This document shows, piece by piece, positions 8,015-16,349 of a stretch of DNA of 64,000 bases (the stretch's first letter is position 1; every line of letters begins with the position of its first letter). The position numbers and the translations under genes are program-made. Below the pieces are notes generated by a model, which made no database searches, was not told where the DNA came from, and worked only from the letters and a program-made list of their open reading frames with translations. This DNA is from an uncultured Methylotenera sp. (GTDB taxonomy: Bacteria; Pseudomonadota; Gammaproteobacteria; Burkholderiales; Methylophilaceae): contig CAYNSY010000005.1 in assembly GCA_964400215.1 (NCBI GenBank), forward strand, positions 17,943 to 81,942, read 5' to 3'.

Positions 8015-8182
8015 CTAAATTTTATTACTAATTCTGCGCATAAGTGCATCATGTTCAACCTCAAAAATTACTACTACAACAGATTCTCCCCTAAGGATGA
8101 TGAATTGTAGCCCAGTTTTAATCGCTTGTTTTACCAATGCACTTAATTGTACTTTAGCATCCTACATCTTCCATGTGATCAT
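8015..8182 (-). pseudogene. Phd/YefM-family antitoxin relic (amber stop at codon 7, C-terminally short, no toxin gene)
   Basis: Hand translation gives MITWKM*DAKVQLSALVKQAIKTGLQFIILRGESVVVVIFEVEHDALMRRISNKI*. The pattern W-x-x-x-DAK..LS.LV....G....I.R.G..V.VV...EE...L is the usual Phd/YefM N-domain. The TAG is at 8162-8164. No PIN or RelE-like frame lies downstream. Confidence 0.5.
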
Positions 8183-8343
8183 TCAAAAGCCCTTATGAAG
8201 CAATGTTACAGTCGTGTGTGAGTGGGCTTGCGTTAAGTCTAAAGCACGTCCTATAATTCTTAGCCTCGAAATTATAAGTCAATTGCACTATTATTGTTCG
8301 TGCACTAACAGTGCGGTTATTTTTACATTAGAGATTAAGCGTT

Positions 8344-9072
8344 ATGGCAATAATTCCTCATATTCATCAAGATCTTATAGCAACTGATTGGTCAATATCA
8401 CTATCAGGTGGATTGATACCACAACTCAACCCTTGTAAATACAACTTACAGCGCTTATCAAGGCAATGTCAGATTCGTGGATGTTCAGGTACATTTAGAG
8501 CTAATCGAACCAGCGGATTGTGTGATGAGCATTTAAAACATACTAATGACTTAGTGTTGGCTGTTATACGATTAGATGTTGAAATTAACTTTCCAAGTCA
8601 TATCGAGATAATAGAGCTACTTATTGACTGGGCACACTCAAGGAATTATCGGTTGGAACCATTTTTCGAAGGATTAGGCTTTAACATTTTAGGCAATATA
8701 CCTGACGTGACCACCTTGGATGGAGTAACACCATTGAGCCCTATTGTTAATACTTCCTTACCAGAGCTTTTTAATGACCATGTAGTTAAGGTGGTAGACC
8801 AATTTTTCCCAACTAGTAATAACGCGTCATATCAATTACTAGTGACAAGAAGTGGAGTTTCTTTCCCTGCACGCATACTAGCAATCATCTTTGCTAGCCT
8901 AGTTTTTTGTGAAGAAGCTAATCGTGGGGATAGATGGTTTTATCGCACAATTGTTAAAGATGAGACAAAGACAAAGATTCTTGGAGGCGCTATGCCCATA
9001 GCATATTTTGCAGCACGTCGTTTCAATTGGGGTGTTGAGATGAAAGGTGTGCTAGGAACGATATTTCGATAA
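8344..9072 (+). CDS. Hypothetical 242-aa protein with an N-terminal Cys/His cluster, co-oriented with the methyltransferase
   Basis: The ORF looks AT-rich like the R-M genes. A C42-x4-C47-x12-C60-x2-H63 cluster is present (QCQIRGCSGTFRANRTSGLCDEH). I recognise no family. Confidence 0.45.
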   Translation: MAIIPHIHQDLIATDWSISLSGGLIPQLNPCKYNLQRLSRQCQIRGCSGTFRANRTSGLCDEHLKHTNDLVLAVIRLDVEINFPSHIEIIELLIDWAHSRNYRLEPFFEGLGFNILGNIPDVTTLDGVTPLSPIVNTSLPELFNDHVVKVVDQFFPTSNNASYQLLVTRSGVSFPARILAIIFASLVFCEEANRGDRWFYRTIVKDETKTKILGGAMPIAYFAARRFNWGVEMKGVLGTIFR

Positions 9073-9155
9073 ATTTATTTTCAAATTCGATCTTCCATCT
9101 TTAGGATAAGCTCCCTATAATTACGCCTATATTCTAGATAATAGGTTTGACTAAT

Positions 9156-10388
9156 ATGAAATATACAGTAGCAGAGCTGTTCGCAGGGGTTGGAGGTTTT
9201 AGGCTTGCTTTAGAGCGAAGTGGCTGGGGTACCGTATGGGCTAATCAGTGGGAGCCTGCAACAAAGGTACAGTGGGCAGCAGATTGTTACAAATCTCATT
9301 TTCCTGACCAATGTCAGAACCCTGATTTCAATACAGACATCTCTGCAGTAACCGCTAAGCTAGAGGAAGATGGTCGCGTCATACCAGACCACACACTACT
9401 TGTAGGTGGATTTCCTTGTCAGGATTACTCTGTTGCTACTACACAGGCTAAAGGCATGCTCGGTAAGAAAGGTGTCCTATGGTGGGAAATTGAGAAGATA
9501 GTCAGGGTAAAGAACCCGCCCTATGTTTTGCTCGAGAATGTAGACCGCTTGCTTGTCTCTCCATCAAAGCAGAGGGGGCGCGATATGGGGATTCTATTAG
9601 CCTGCCTCAGAGATTTAGGCTATTCAGTTGAATGGAGGGTTATCAATGCAGCTGACTATGGCTTTCCTCAAAAGAGACGTCGGGTATTCATCTTCGCCTC
9701 AAGAGAAGATACTAATATAGCAAGACGCCTTAAAGAGACGGGGGTATCGCATCTTTGGTTACAAACGGAGGGGTTCTTTGCTAAAGAGTTTCCTGTGGAA
9801 CACAGTCCTATAGACCATGATATGCCAGATAGATTTGATGCTTCCCTACAATCTATATCTGATAAATTTAGCTTCAAATTCAATAATGCAGGTGTGATGT
9901 CTGGTGGGAAAATATACACTTTAAAAGTAGTTCCAAAAGATAAGAAAATAAGTATGTTAGCTTCCGTTCTTCAGAATACAGTAGATGAAAGTTATTACGT
10001 ATCAGACCTTGACATCACTAAGGTAAAGGGTTGGAAGTATGTCAAAGGTGCAAAGAAAGAAGAACGCACTGCTAAGACTGGTCATGCATATCACTATACT
10101 GAAGGAGCTATTCCTTTCCCTGAGAAGTTAGATGGTCCTTCAAGGACAATCTTGACTGGAGAGGGTAATCAGAATCCGAATAGGTCTACACATTTGATAT
10201 TGGACCCGAATAGTAATAGATATAGGACTATTACCCCTGTTGAGGTGGAGAGATTGAATGGCTTCCCAGATGATTGGACAAATACAGGTATGCCAAAGGG
10301 TAAGCGCTATTTCTGCATGGGGAACGCTCTTGTAGTGGGTGTTGTAGAAAGACTGGGAAGGCGCCTTAAGTCAATGATTGCTGAATGA
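9156..10388 (+). CDS. DNA (cytosine-5)-methyltransferase, M.Sau3AI-like
   Basis: The C5-MTase motifs appear in order: I ELFAGVGGF, IV GGFPCQDYS, VI LLENV, VIII FPQKRRRVF, IX RTITPVEVERLNGFPDDW, X GNALVV. I prefer the ATG at 9156 (MKYTVAELF) over the track TTG at 9147. Confidence 0.9.
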   Translation: MKYTVAELFAGVGGFRLALERSGWGTVWANQWEPATKVQWAADCYKSHFPDQCQNPDFNTDISAVTAKLEEDGRVIPDHTLLVGGFPCQDYSVATTQAKGMLGKKGVLWWEIEKIVRVKNPPYVLLENVDRLLVSPSKQRGRDMGILLACLRDLGYSVEWRVINAADYGFPQKRRRVFIFASREDTNIARRLKETGVSHLWLQTEGFFAKEFPVEHSPIDHDMPDRFDASLQSISDKFSFKFNNAGVMSGGKIYTLKVVPKDKKISMLASVLQNTVDESYYVSDLDITKVKGWKYVKGAKKEERTAKTGHAYHYTEGAIPFPEKLDGPSRTILTGEGNQNPNRSTHLILDPNSNRYRTITPVEVERLNGFPDDWTNTGMPKGKRYFCMGNALVVGVVERLGRRLKSMIAE

Positions 10389-10399
10389 CGTATGACTAG

Positions 10400-10770
10400 T
10401 TGCCTGTACCTCTTAACGCTACATCACCTAATGTAGCTAAAGTCATGAAGTCTAACAAGGCGAGGGGTGCTAAATCTGAGCGTGTCTTGAGAAAATCCCT
10501 TACCAAGAACTGATATAAAGGTTATTGCCTTAACTGGAATAAAATGTCAGATAGATTGGATGTTTGCTATCCCAGCAAAAACTCGCTATCTTCGTGCATG
10601 GCTGTTTCTGGCATAGATGCCCTATATGTATTTTAGGTCTACCTAAATCTAATACAGAGTTTTGGAAAAATTTTGAGCTAAATGTAGCTCGTCATTTTTT
10701 GAAGAGGGAGTCTTTGGAGGCGCTAAGCTGGAAAGTACTGGGGCTTTGGGAGTGTGAAATAAAGAAATAG
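10400..10770 (+). pseudogene. vsr: Very-short-patch repair endonuclease (vsr) pseudogene
   Basis: The N-part ..NVAKVMKSNKARGAKSERVLRKSLTKN stops at an in-frame TGA (10511-10513). A 1-nt loss in the A-run at 10577-10581 shifts the frame into track ORF 10564-10770 (KLAIFVHGCFWH..PKSNTEFW..WECE). The conserved Asp of FVDGCFWH is His here. Confidence 0.75.
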
Positions 10771-10797
10771 TTTTTCTCGGGCGCTAAAGCTCCTAAG

Positions 10798-12195
10798 TTA
10801 GAGCTTGAGTTCTTTGATAATCACATCTCTGACATAATCATTGTTCAACCAAAAAGATTTTTTAGTTTGGGCTGTTCCTTGCGGAGTTGGATAAGTGTCT
10901 GAAATGTCCCTTGCATGTGGCCTAACATGACCTACGGCATGCTCTGTTTTTTTGATGAAGTCATCATAATCGCCAGTTCTTATCTTATGTTTAGTATCTA
11001 ACCATAGCATTTTCATGGAATCTAAATCTTTGAGTGGCATAGTCCAAAAGAAACAGCCGATTAGTATAGGCATAGTGGTAGAGGTCTTCTTGTAGACAGT
11101 GAAAAAGAACTTAGTAGTCAATAATGTATAGAGCTCGGAATCTTCCCATTCTTCCTCATTGACCAGCTCTTTCCATTTGAAAGCTGGAAATGATATGCTT
11201 TCTTTCAAGCGGCCGTTTTGCTCTAAAGCTACAGCCTTTTCAATAACACCGGCCTTACGGAATTGCTCAAAGTCGCTGGATATGTCAGAGGTATGCTTAC
11301 CAGCTATCTCCTCAAGGAGTGCTCTTGCGACTTTAGATCTCATGTTTTTTGCAAAGCTATTAGATAATTCGGCACGTCCAATAGAAGATGCTACATAGTC
11401 TAAAGGTTTGTCAAAGTAGGTACACATGTTACTCAAAATGTACTCGTCCAGCGTTTGTCCAACACTTGGCTCAAGTATTATCTTTGGTCCTTTGGCGGTC
11501 TGAGTATAACCAAGTTTATAGTTTAAGTAGGAAGGCTTAAGACTAAAGGCTCTTACTTTAGCTTTAATTCCCATGGGAGCATCACGCAATTTCGTTGAAT
11601 TTGCTCCTGCAGTACAAGCGCCAAGATACCAAGTGTGACCCTCACTAAGTTCATTAGCTTTGCCATTAACTACCTTATTTTTTATGTGGAGCCAATCTGA
11701 TGACATTTGTTTAATATCATTTTGGCTCCAGCTAAGCAGGTCTGAATAAACGCAGGTTTCATCTATGCGTATAGAGAGGCCATCTTTTCTAAAAAGTAAT
11801 AAAAGTAGGCGTTCTAGTTTAGGCCATAGTTTAGATTCAGTCAGGCTATCTTTGTCAAAGCCTCCCATGTAATCAATCATAGATATTTTTAATCGTTCTT
11901 TGATGACTTCTCGTGAATCTCTAACGAGCTTTACTTGACCTGACTTTATTTCTATACCTGATTCAGGAATATCTGGACGTGATTCGTTGTTATTCTTTAT
12001 CTTAAAGTAGGCAGTTTCGAGCAGGTTGCCAAAGTCACCTTTCCCCTCGTTTGATAATTGAAGCTCTTCAGGGGATAGGTGCGGCCTCAGTGTACTGTTT
12101 TGTATTAGTTTTGCATATTTAAGTACAGATTCTAAGCTACTTGGGTCGTAGTATTTCGCTATTAAGTCTTCAATTGGAATTAGGTAATTACTCAA
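10798..12195 (-). CDS. Type II restriction endonuclease, Sau3AI/MutH family (predicted GATC specificity)
   Basis: From memory of the Sau3AI sequence, these blocks match: KGDFGNLLETAYF..RPDIPESGIEIKSG (D..E.K nuclease motif), ELSEGHTWYLGACTAGANS..IKAKVRAFSLKPSY, FPAFKWKELVNEEEWEDSE, GHVRPHARD and TKKSFWLNNDY. It is paired with a C5-MTase, as in Sau3AI. Confidence 0.75.
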   Translation of the reverse strand: MSNYLIPIEDLIAKYYDPSSLESVLKYAKLIQNSTLRPHLSPEELQLSNEGKGDFGNLLETAYFKIKNNNESRPDIPESGIEIKSGQVKLVRDSREVIKERLKISMIDYMGGFDKDSLTESKLWPKLERLLLLLFRKDGLSIRIDETCVYSDLLSWSQNDIKQMSSDWLHIKNKVVNGKANELSEGHTWYLGACTAGANSTKLRDAPMGIKAKVRAFSLKPSYLNYKLGYTQTAKGPKIILEPSVGQTLDEYILSNMCTYFDKPLDYVASSIGRAELSNSFAKNMRSKVARALLEEIAGKHTSDISSDFEQFRKAGVIEKAVALEQNGRLKESISFPAFKWKELVNEEEWEDSELYTLLTTKFFFTVYKKTSTTMPILIGCFFWTMPLKDLDSMKMLWLDTKHKIRTGDYDDFIKKTEHAVGHVRPHARDISDTYPTPQGTAQTKKSFWLNNDYVRDVIIKELKL

Positions 12196-12638
12196 AATAA
12201 TCCTTTATATTAAGTGAGCTGTTTGACATGCTGCTAGTAAGCGGTCCGACTTTAGGTTAGTAAGATTCGTTTTGAAAAAATATCATTTTTTAGCTTTGTG
12301 TTACTAGTCTAGTCATTACTTTGGTTATATTGCCTCTTGCTACAGGGTTCCGCGTAGTCTGTGCCAAGGGTAATTTAAAATCTGGCATCTTAATTTCATT
12401 TGCAACTCTATTCGCCATTGAAATCAGTTATATTGTCATTAAAGCTGCGACCTAGGCATTTCTTGAAGTAATTTTGCTTCATTAATGTTTGCAATAATAA
12501 ATAATACCTCAAGCATTTTTTGGTTATCTTGGCGGACTATTTGCATAAAAATATTATATTGCAGCCTAACCCAATCATTCAAGCGGGATGCCTAACGGCG
12601 TCCTTTATGTCAAACGTTAGGGCTTATTGGATTGAGCG

Positions 12639-13337
12639 ATGACTGCCGAAACATTTACATTGAGTTCACGTGAGGAGGTTGCGCGTTTCGAGGAGCTTCT
12701 TGATAGCTACGCAACTGCGAGGGCTCAGTTTCCGCTAAAACATATTTCTCTCACGAGTGCCTACGATCAATTGCAGCCGCACCCGGATGGGGGGCGGATT
12801 TTCTCGGCTCTTCTCGATATTCGGATTAGTTTTCTGTTGCTGCACTTGGATTCCCACTCTGTCGGAGCCACCTGGAATGGTCTTTTTTCGAAGGGCAAAT
12901 TTGAGGGCGGCTCGGTACTCGACACACCGGCGAAATTCTTCGGGAAGATGGATATTCACCGTTTCAATACCGCATACGTGCTGAGATACAGAGCTATATG
13001 GGACAAACTGATGGGTTTAATCATCCTGATGTACGCCCCAGACGACTATGATTCGTTCGCGAATGCTAAGAGTAAGAAGCGCACATTTTCCAAGATTGCC
13101 GACAAACACAAATTCGCAGATGCCCAATTCATAGCCAACCTAAACGACCTTCTGACTCGCTTTGATAATACATTTCGTACATCGGAGGCGCATGGCACTG
13201 GTGTACTAAGAAAATATTCCTTTACTATGGAGTCAATGGCCGACAACCCGCAAGTCGAGCTTGTTGGATTTTGGAACGCGATGAATGCGTTTATTTTAGA
13301 ATTTGGAAAGGTGTTTACTAATGCACCTAAGCCATAA
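12639..13337 (+). CDS. Standalone all-alpha protein with a HEPN-like Rx4H motif (putative RNase or abortive-infection protein)
   Basis: The 232-aa sequence looks helical throughout. FDNTFR(180)TSEAH(185)GTG gives R-x4-H at 13176-13193. It sits between the R-M system and fic. The family assignment is inference only. Confidence 0.4.
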   Translation: MTAETFTLSSREEVARFEELLDSYATARAQFPLKHISLTSAYDQLQPHPDGGRIFSALLDIRISFLLLHLDSHSVGATWNGLFSKGKFEGGSVLDTPAKFFGKMDIHRFNTAYVLRYRAIWDKLMGLIILMYAPDDYDSFANAKSKKRTFSKIADKHKFADAQFIANLNDLLTRFDNTFRTSEAHGTGVLRKYSFTMESMADNPQVELVGFWNAMNAFILEFGKVFTNAPKP

Positions 13338-13349
13338 TCAGGCAGTCGA

Positions 13350-13388
13350 GAGGGGCGGCGAAAAATCGTGGCGCCCCTCACTTTTACG
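13350..13388 (+). terminator. Hairpin terminator after the HEPN-like ORF
   Basis: GAGGGGCG (13350-13357) pairs with CGCCCCTC (13372-13379) and is followed by ACTTTTACG, a weak U-tract. Confidence 0.45.
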
Positions 13389-13595
13389 TTATGTCCGCTT
13401 GGACCCGAGATATGACAATGACTATTATTATCGACCGTTGACTATGGGAATATAGCAGCAATTTAATCTAAACTAGGAATTTAGAGTTTTGTGATTTTCG
13501 GTTAAAGCAACTGCGAAATACGGACACCTAAAATATCTAGATATTAATAGATGATAGGGGTAATTGTTGTGGTTTGTTTTTACTAACTGCCCCGC

Positions 13596-13630
13596 AAATA
13601 AAAACACCCCAATCTTTCGAAAGGGGTGTT
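13596..13630 (-). terminator. Intrinsic terminator copy A (downstream of the pseudo-tRNA)
   Basis: On the minus strand the structure is CACCCC-loop-GGGGTG followed by TTTTTATTT. It is paralogous to 15006-15041 with a compensatory base-pair change. Confidence 0.6.
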
Positions 13631-13635
13631 TTGTT

Positions 13636-13711
13636 TGGTGGGAAAGAGGGACTTGAATCCTCGACCCCAGGATTATGAATCCTGTGTTCTAGCCAGCTGA
13701 GCTAGTACAGC
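13636..13711 (-). pseudogene. Decayed tRNA-Met(CAT) copy
   Basis: The anticodon arm, variable loop and T-loop are identical to tRNA-Met at 15047-15123. It also has a 1-nt deletion in the 3' acceptor strand, mismatches in the D-stem (GCTC/GAAC) and T-stem (GAGGA/CCCTC), and a 5' acceptor strand (GCTGTAC) that cannot pair. Confidence 0.7.
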
Positions 13712-13752
13712 TATAGGGTGAATTTTTATCATAACCCTTTATATTTTTTGAC

Positions 13753-14856
13753 TTAGTATGTTTTGTAATTGTTATTATCGGTAGTCAGTAATTGCAATAG
13801 TTTTGGGTGTACAAACAGTTTTTCTTTTCCCACGGACACCTCTTGAAGCACGCCAATTTCTGCAAGCTGCTTCAGATATACTGAAGCGGTCTGACGCTTG
13901 GCAATGCCTGCATCGGTCAGGTTGCTGATGCGGCTGTAAGGTAGTTCAAATATCAGGCTTACAAGCTCGTAGGTATAGATTTTATTGGCATGCTTAGAAA
14001 CGTGTTCGCATGTATGTTCAAATAAGGTTTTAATTGCTGCAATTTTTGCAGTTGTCCAAATGGCTGTTTCTTCTACGCCTTGCAATATGTATAAGATCCA
14101 AGCTTCCCATTCGTTTTTAGTGGTGACGTTAAGTAGCAACTGATAATAGTTTTGTTTGTTTTGAATAATGTAGCGGCTTAAATACAAAATCGGCAAGGTG
14201 AGAAAATTTTCTTGTATCAAAAACAAGCTATTCAGCACGCGGCCTGTACGGCCATTGCCATCATTAAATGGGTGTATTGCCTCAAACTGATAGTGGCCTA
14301 TCGCCATGCGAATAAGCGGGTCTAAATCTGTGGCGTTATGCATGAATTGCTCCCAATTGGCGAGCATATCGCGTAGTAGCTTTTCGCCTTCTGGCGGGGT
14401 GTAGATTGTTTCACCTGTTTTGTCATTCATTAAAGCTGTACCAGGCGTGTGCCGCACAGCCATTTCAATGCCTTTGATTTGCGTGCAGATTGTTTCTGCC
14501 ACTCTGGTATTTAGAGGGTGGCGTGCAAGTTCTTGGTAACCTTGAAATAGTGCGCCTCTATAACGTAAGGCCTCTTTGGTGGCGGGGTCTGCATGCTCGT
14601 CGTTACGCAGATGCTGAAAAAGCCTATCTGTGGTGGTAACAATATTTTCAATTTCAGAGCTGGCGCGCGCTTCTAATAAAGGCAAGGTATTAATTAAAAC
14701 CGCTTGGTTAGGAATAAGCTCGGCAGATTGTTTGAGCTCAGCTATTGCTGCGCGCGCAGAGATGCACTGCTTTAAAACGGCTTTGGTTTCCATCTCCGCC
14801 TTAGGGGGCAAGGATGGAAGGTCGTTATACGGGTTATCTGGCTGCCAATTGCTCAT
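13753..14856 (-). CDS. fic: Fic-family protein (AMPylase-type, with an intramolecular inhibitory helix)
   Basis: The Fic motif is [12 protein letters not shown]. The inhibitory motif (S/T)xxxE(G/N) is present as SSEIEN. A Fic N-terminal-type region ([11 protein letters not shown]) and a C-terminal wHTH-like tail are also present. Confidence 0.9.
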   Translation of the reverse strand: MSNWQPDNPYNDLPSLPPKAEMETKAVLKQCISARAAIAELKQSAELIPNQAVLINTLPLLEARASSEIENIVTTTDRLFQHLRNDEHADPATKEALRYRGALFQGYQELARHPLNTRVAETICTQIKGIEMAVRHTPGTALMNDKTGETIYTPPEGEKLLRDMLANWEQFMHNATDLDPLIRMAIGHYQFEAIHPFNDGNGRTGRVLNSLFLIQENFLTLPILYLSRYIIQNKQNYYQLLLNVTTKNEWEAWILYILQGVEETAIWTTAKIAAIKTLFEHTCEHVSKHANKIYTYELVSLIFELPYSRISNLTDAGIAKRQTASVYLKQLAEIGVLQEVSVGKEKLFVHPKLLQLLTTDNNNYKTY

Positions 14857-14906
14857 GTTGATACTTTAATTGTTTTTCGATATTAAGAGCAGTGTATGTT
14901 GATGCC

Positions 14907-14974
14907 ATCGACACGTCAATAATATATGTCGATTTTTTTGCATTTTATCGACATAAGGTGAGCGGTATGTCGAT
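14907..14974. promoter_or_regulatory. Four alternating copies of the 9-mer TATGTCGAT/ATCGACATA in the fic upstream region
   Basis: The copies are ATCGACAc at 14907-14914, TATGTCGAT at 14925-14933, ATCGACATA at 14947-14955 and TATGTCGAT at 14966-14974. Their centres are about 19-22 bp apart. Confidence 0.5.
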
Positions 14975-15005
14975 TAGATAGCCATCAAATAAGAGGGGTG
15001 TGCTG

Positions 15006-15041
15006 AAAATAAAAACGCCCCAATCTTTCGAAAGGGGCGTT
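15006..15041 (-). terminator. Intrinsic terminator of tRNA-Met
   Basis: On the minus strand the structure is CGCCCC-TTTCGAAAGATT-GGGGCG followed by TTTTTATTTT, immediately after the tRNA 3' end. Confidence 0.8.
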
Positions 15042-15046
15042 TTGTT

Positions 15047-15123
15047 TGGTGGTGAAAGAGGGACTTGAACCCTCGACCCCAGGATTATGAATCCTGTGCT
15101 CTAACCAGCTGAGCTACATCACC
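15047..15123 (-). tRNA. tRNA-Met (anticodon CAT), elongator-like; a lysidine-modified Ile2 type is not excluded
   Basis: The sequence is GGTGATG TA GCTC AGCTGGTTA GAGC A CAGGA TTCATAA TCCTG GGGTC GAGGG TTCAAGT CCCTC TTTCACC A CCA. It forms a cloverleaf with one U-U mismatch in the acceptor stem, and CCA is encoded. Confidence 0.9.
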
Positions 15124-15214
15124 ATGGTAAACCGGTTGTTTTTAGTTGTTTAAAACATAAACAAGGGCGCAATTCTAGTGTTTTAGGCGGTGCTTGTCAA
15201 AAATAGTTTGCTAA

Positions 15215-16300
<1,086 letters not shown>

Positions 16301-16349
16301 GTTTTTTCCAGTTCGTTTTTATGCGTTGCTTGCGAGTGTTGCGTTCGAA

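Larger units (their letters stand above)
7780..15046. mobile_element. Degraded genomic (defence) island next to the tRNA-Met 3' end; no integrase or transposase found
   Basis: All content is accessory: a TA relic, an R-M system, a dead vsr, a HEPN-like ORF, a pseudo-tRNA and fic. Blocks that look AT-rich by eye alternate with long non-coding spacers. The tRNA 3' end points into the block. The left border is uncertain and could include 6496-7779. Confidence 0.45.

Noticed and set aside
10564-10770. 68-aa ORF as an independent small gene
   Set aside because: It is the frameshifted C-terminal half of vsr (KLAIFVHGCFWH..PKSNTEFW..WECE). I annotated it as part of the pseudogene at 10400-10770.
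13636-13711. Second functional tRNA-Met gene
   Set aside because: Its acceptor stem cannot form and its D- and T-stems carry mismatches. I treat it as a pseudo-tRNA or att-type remnant.
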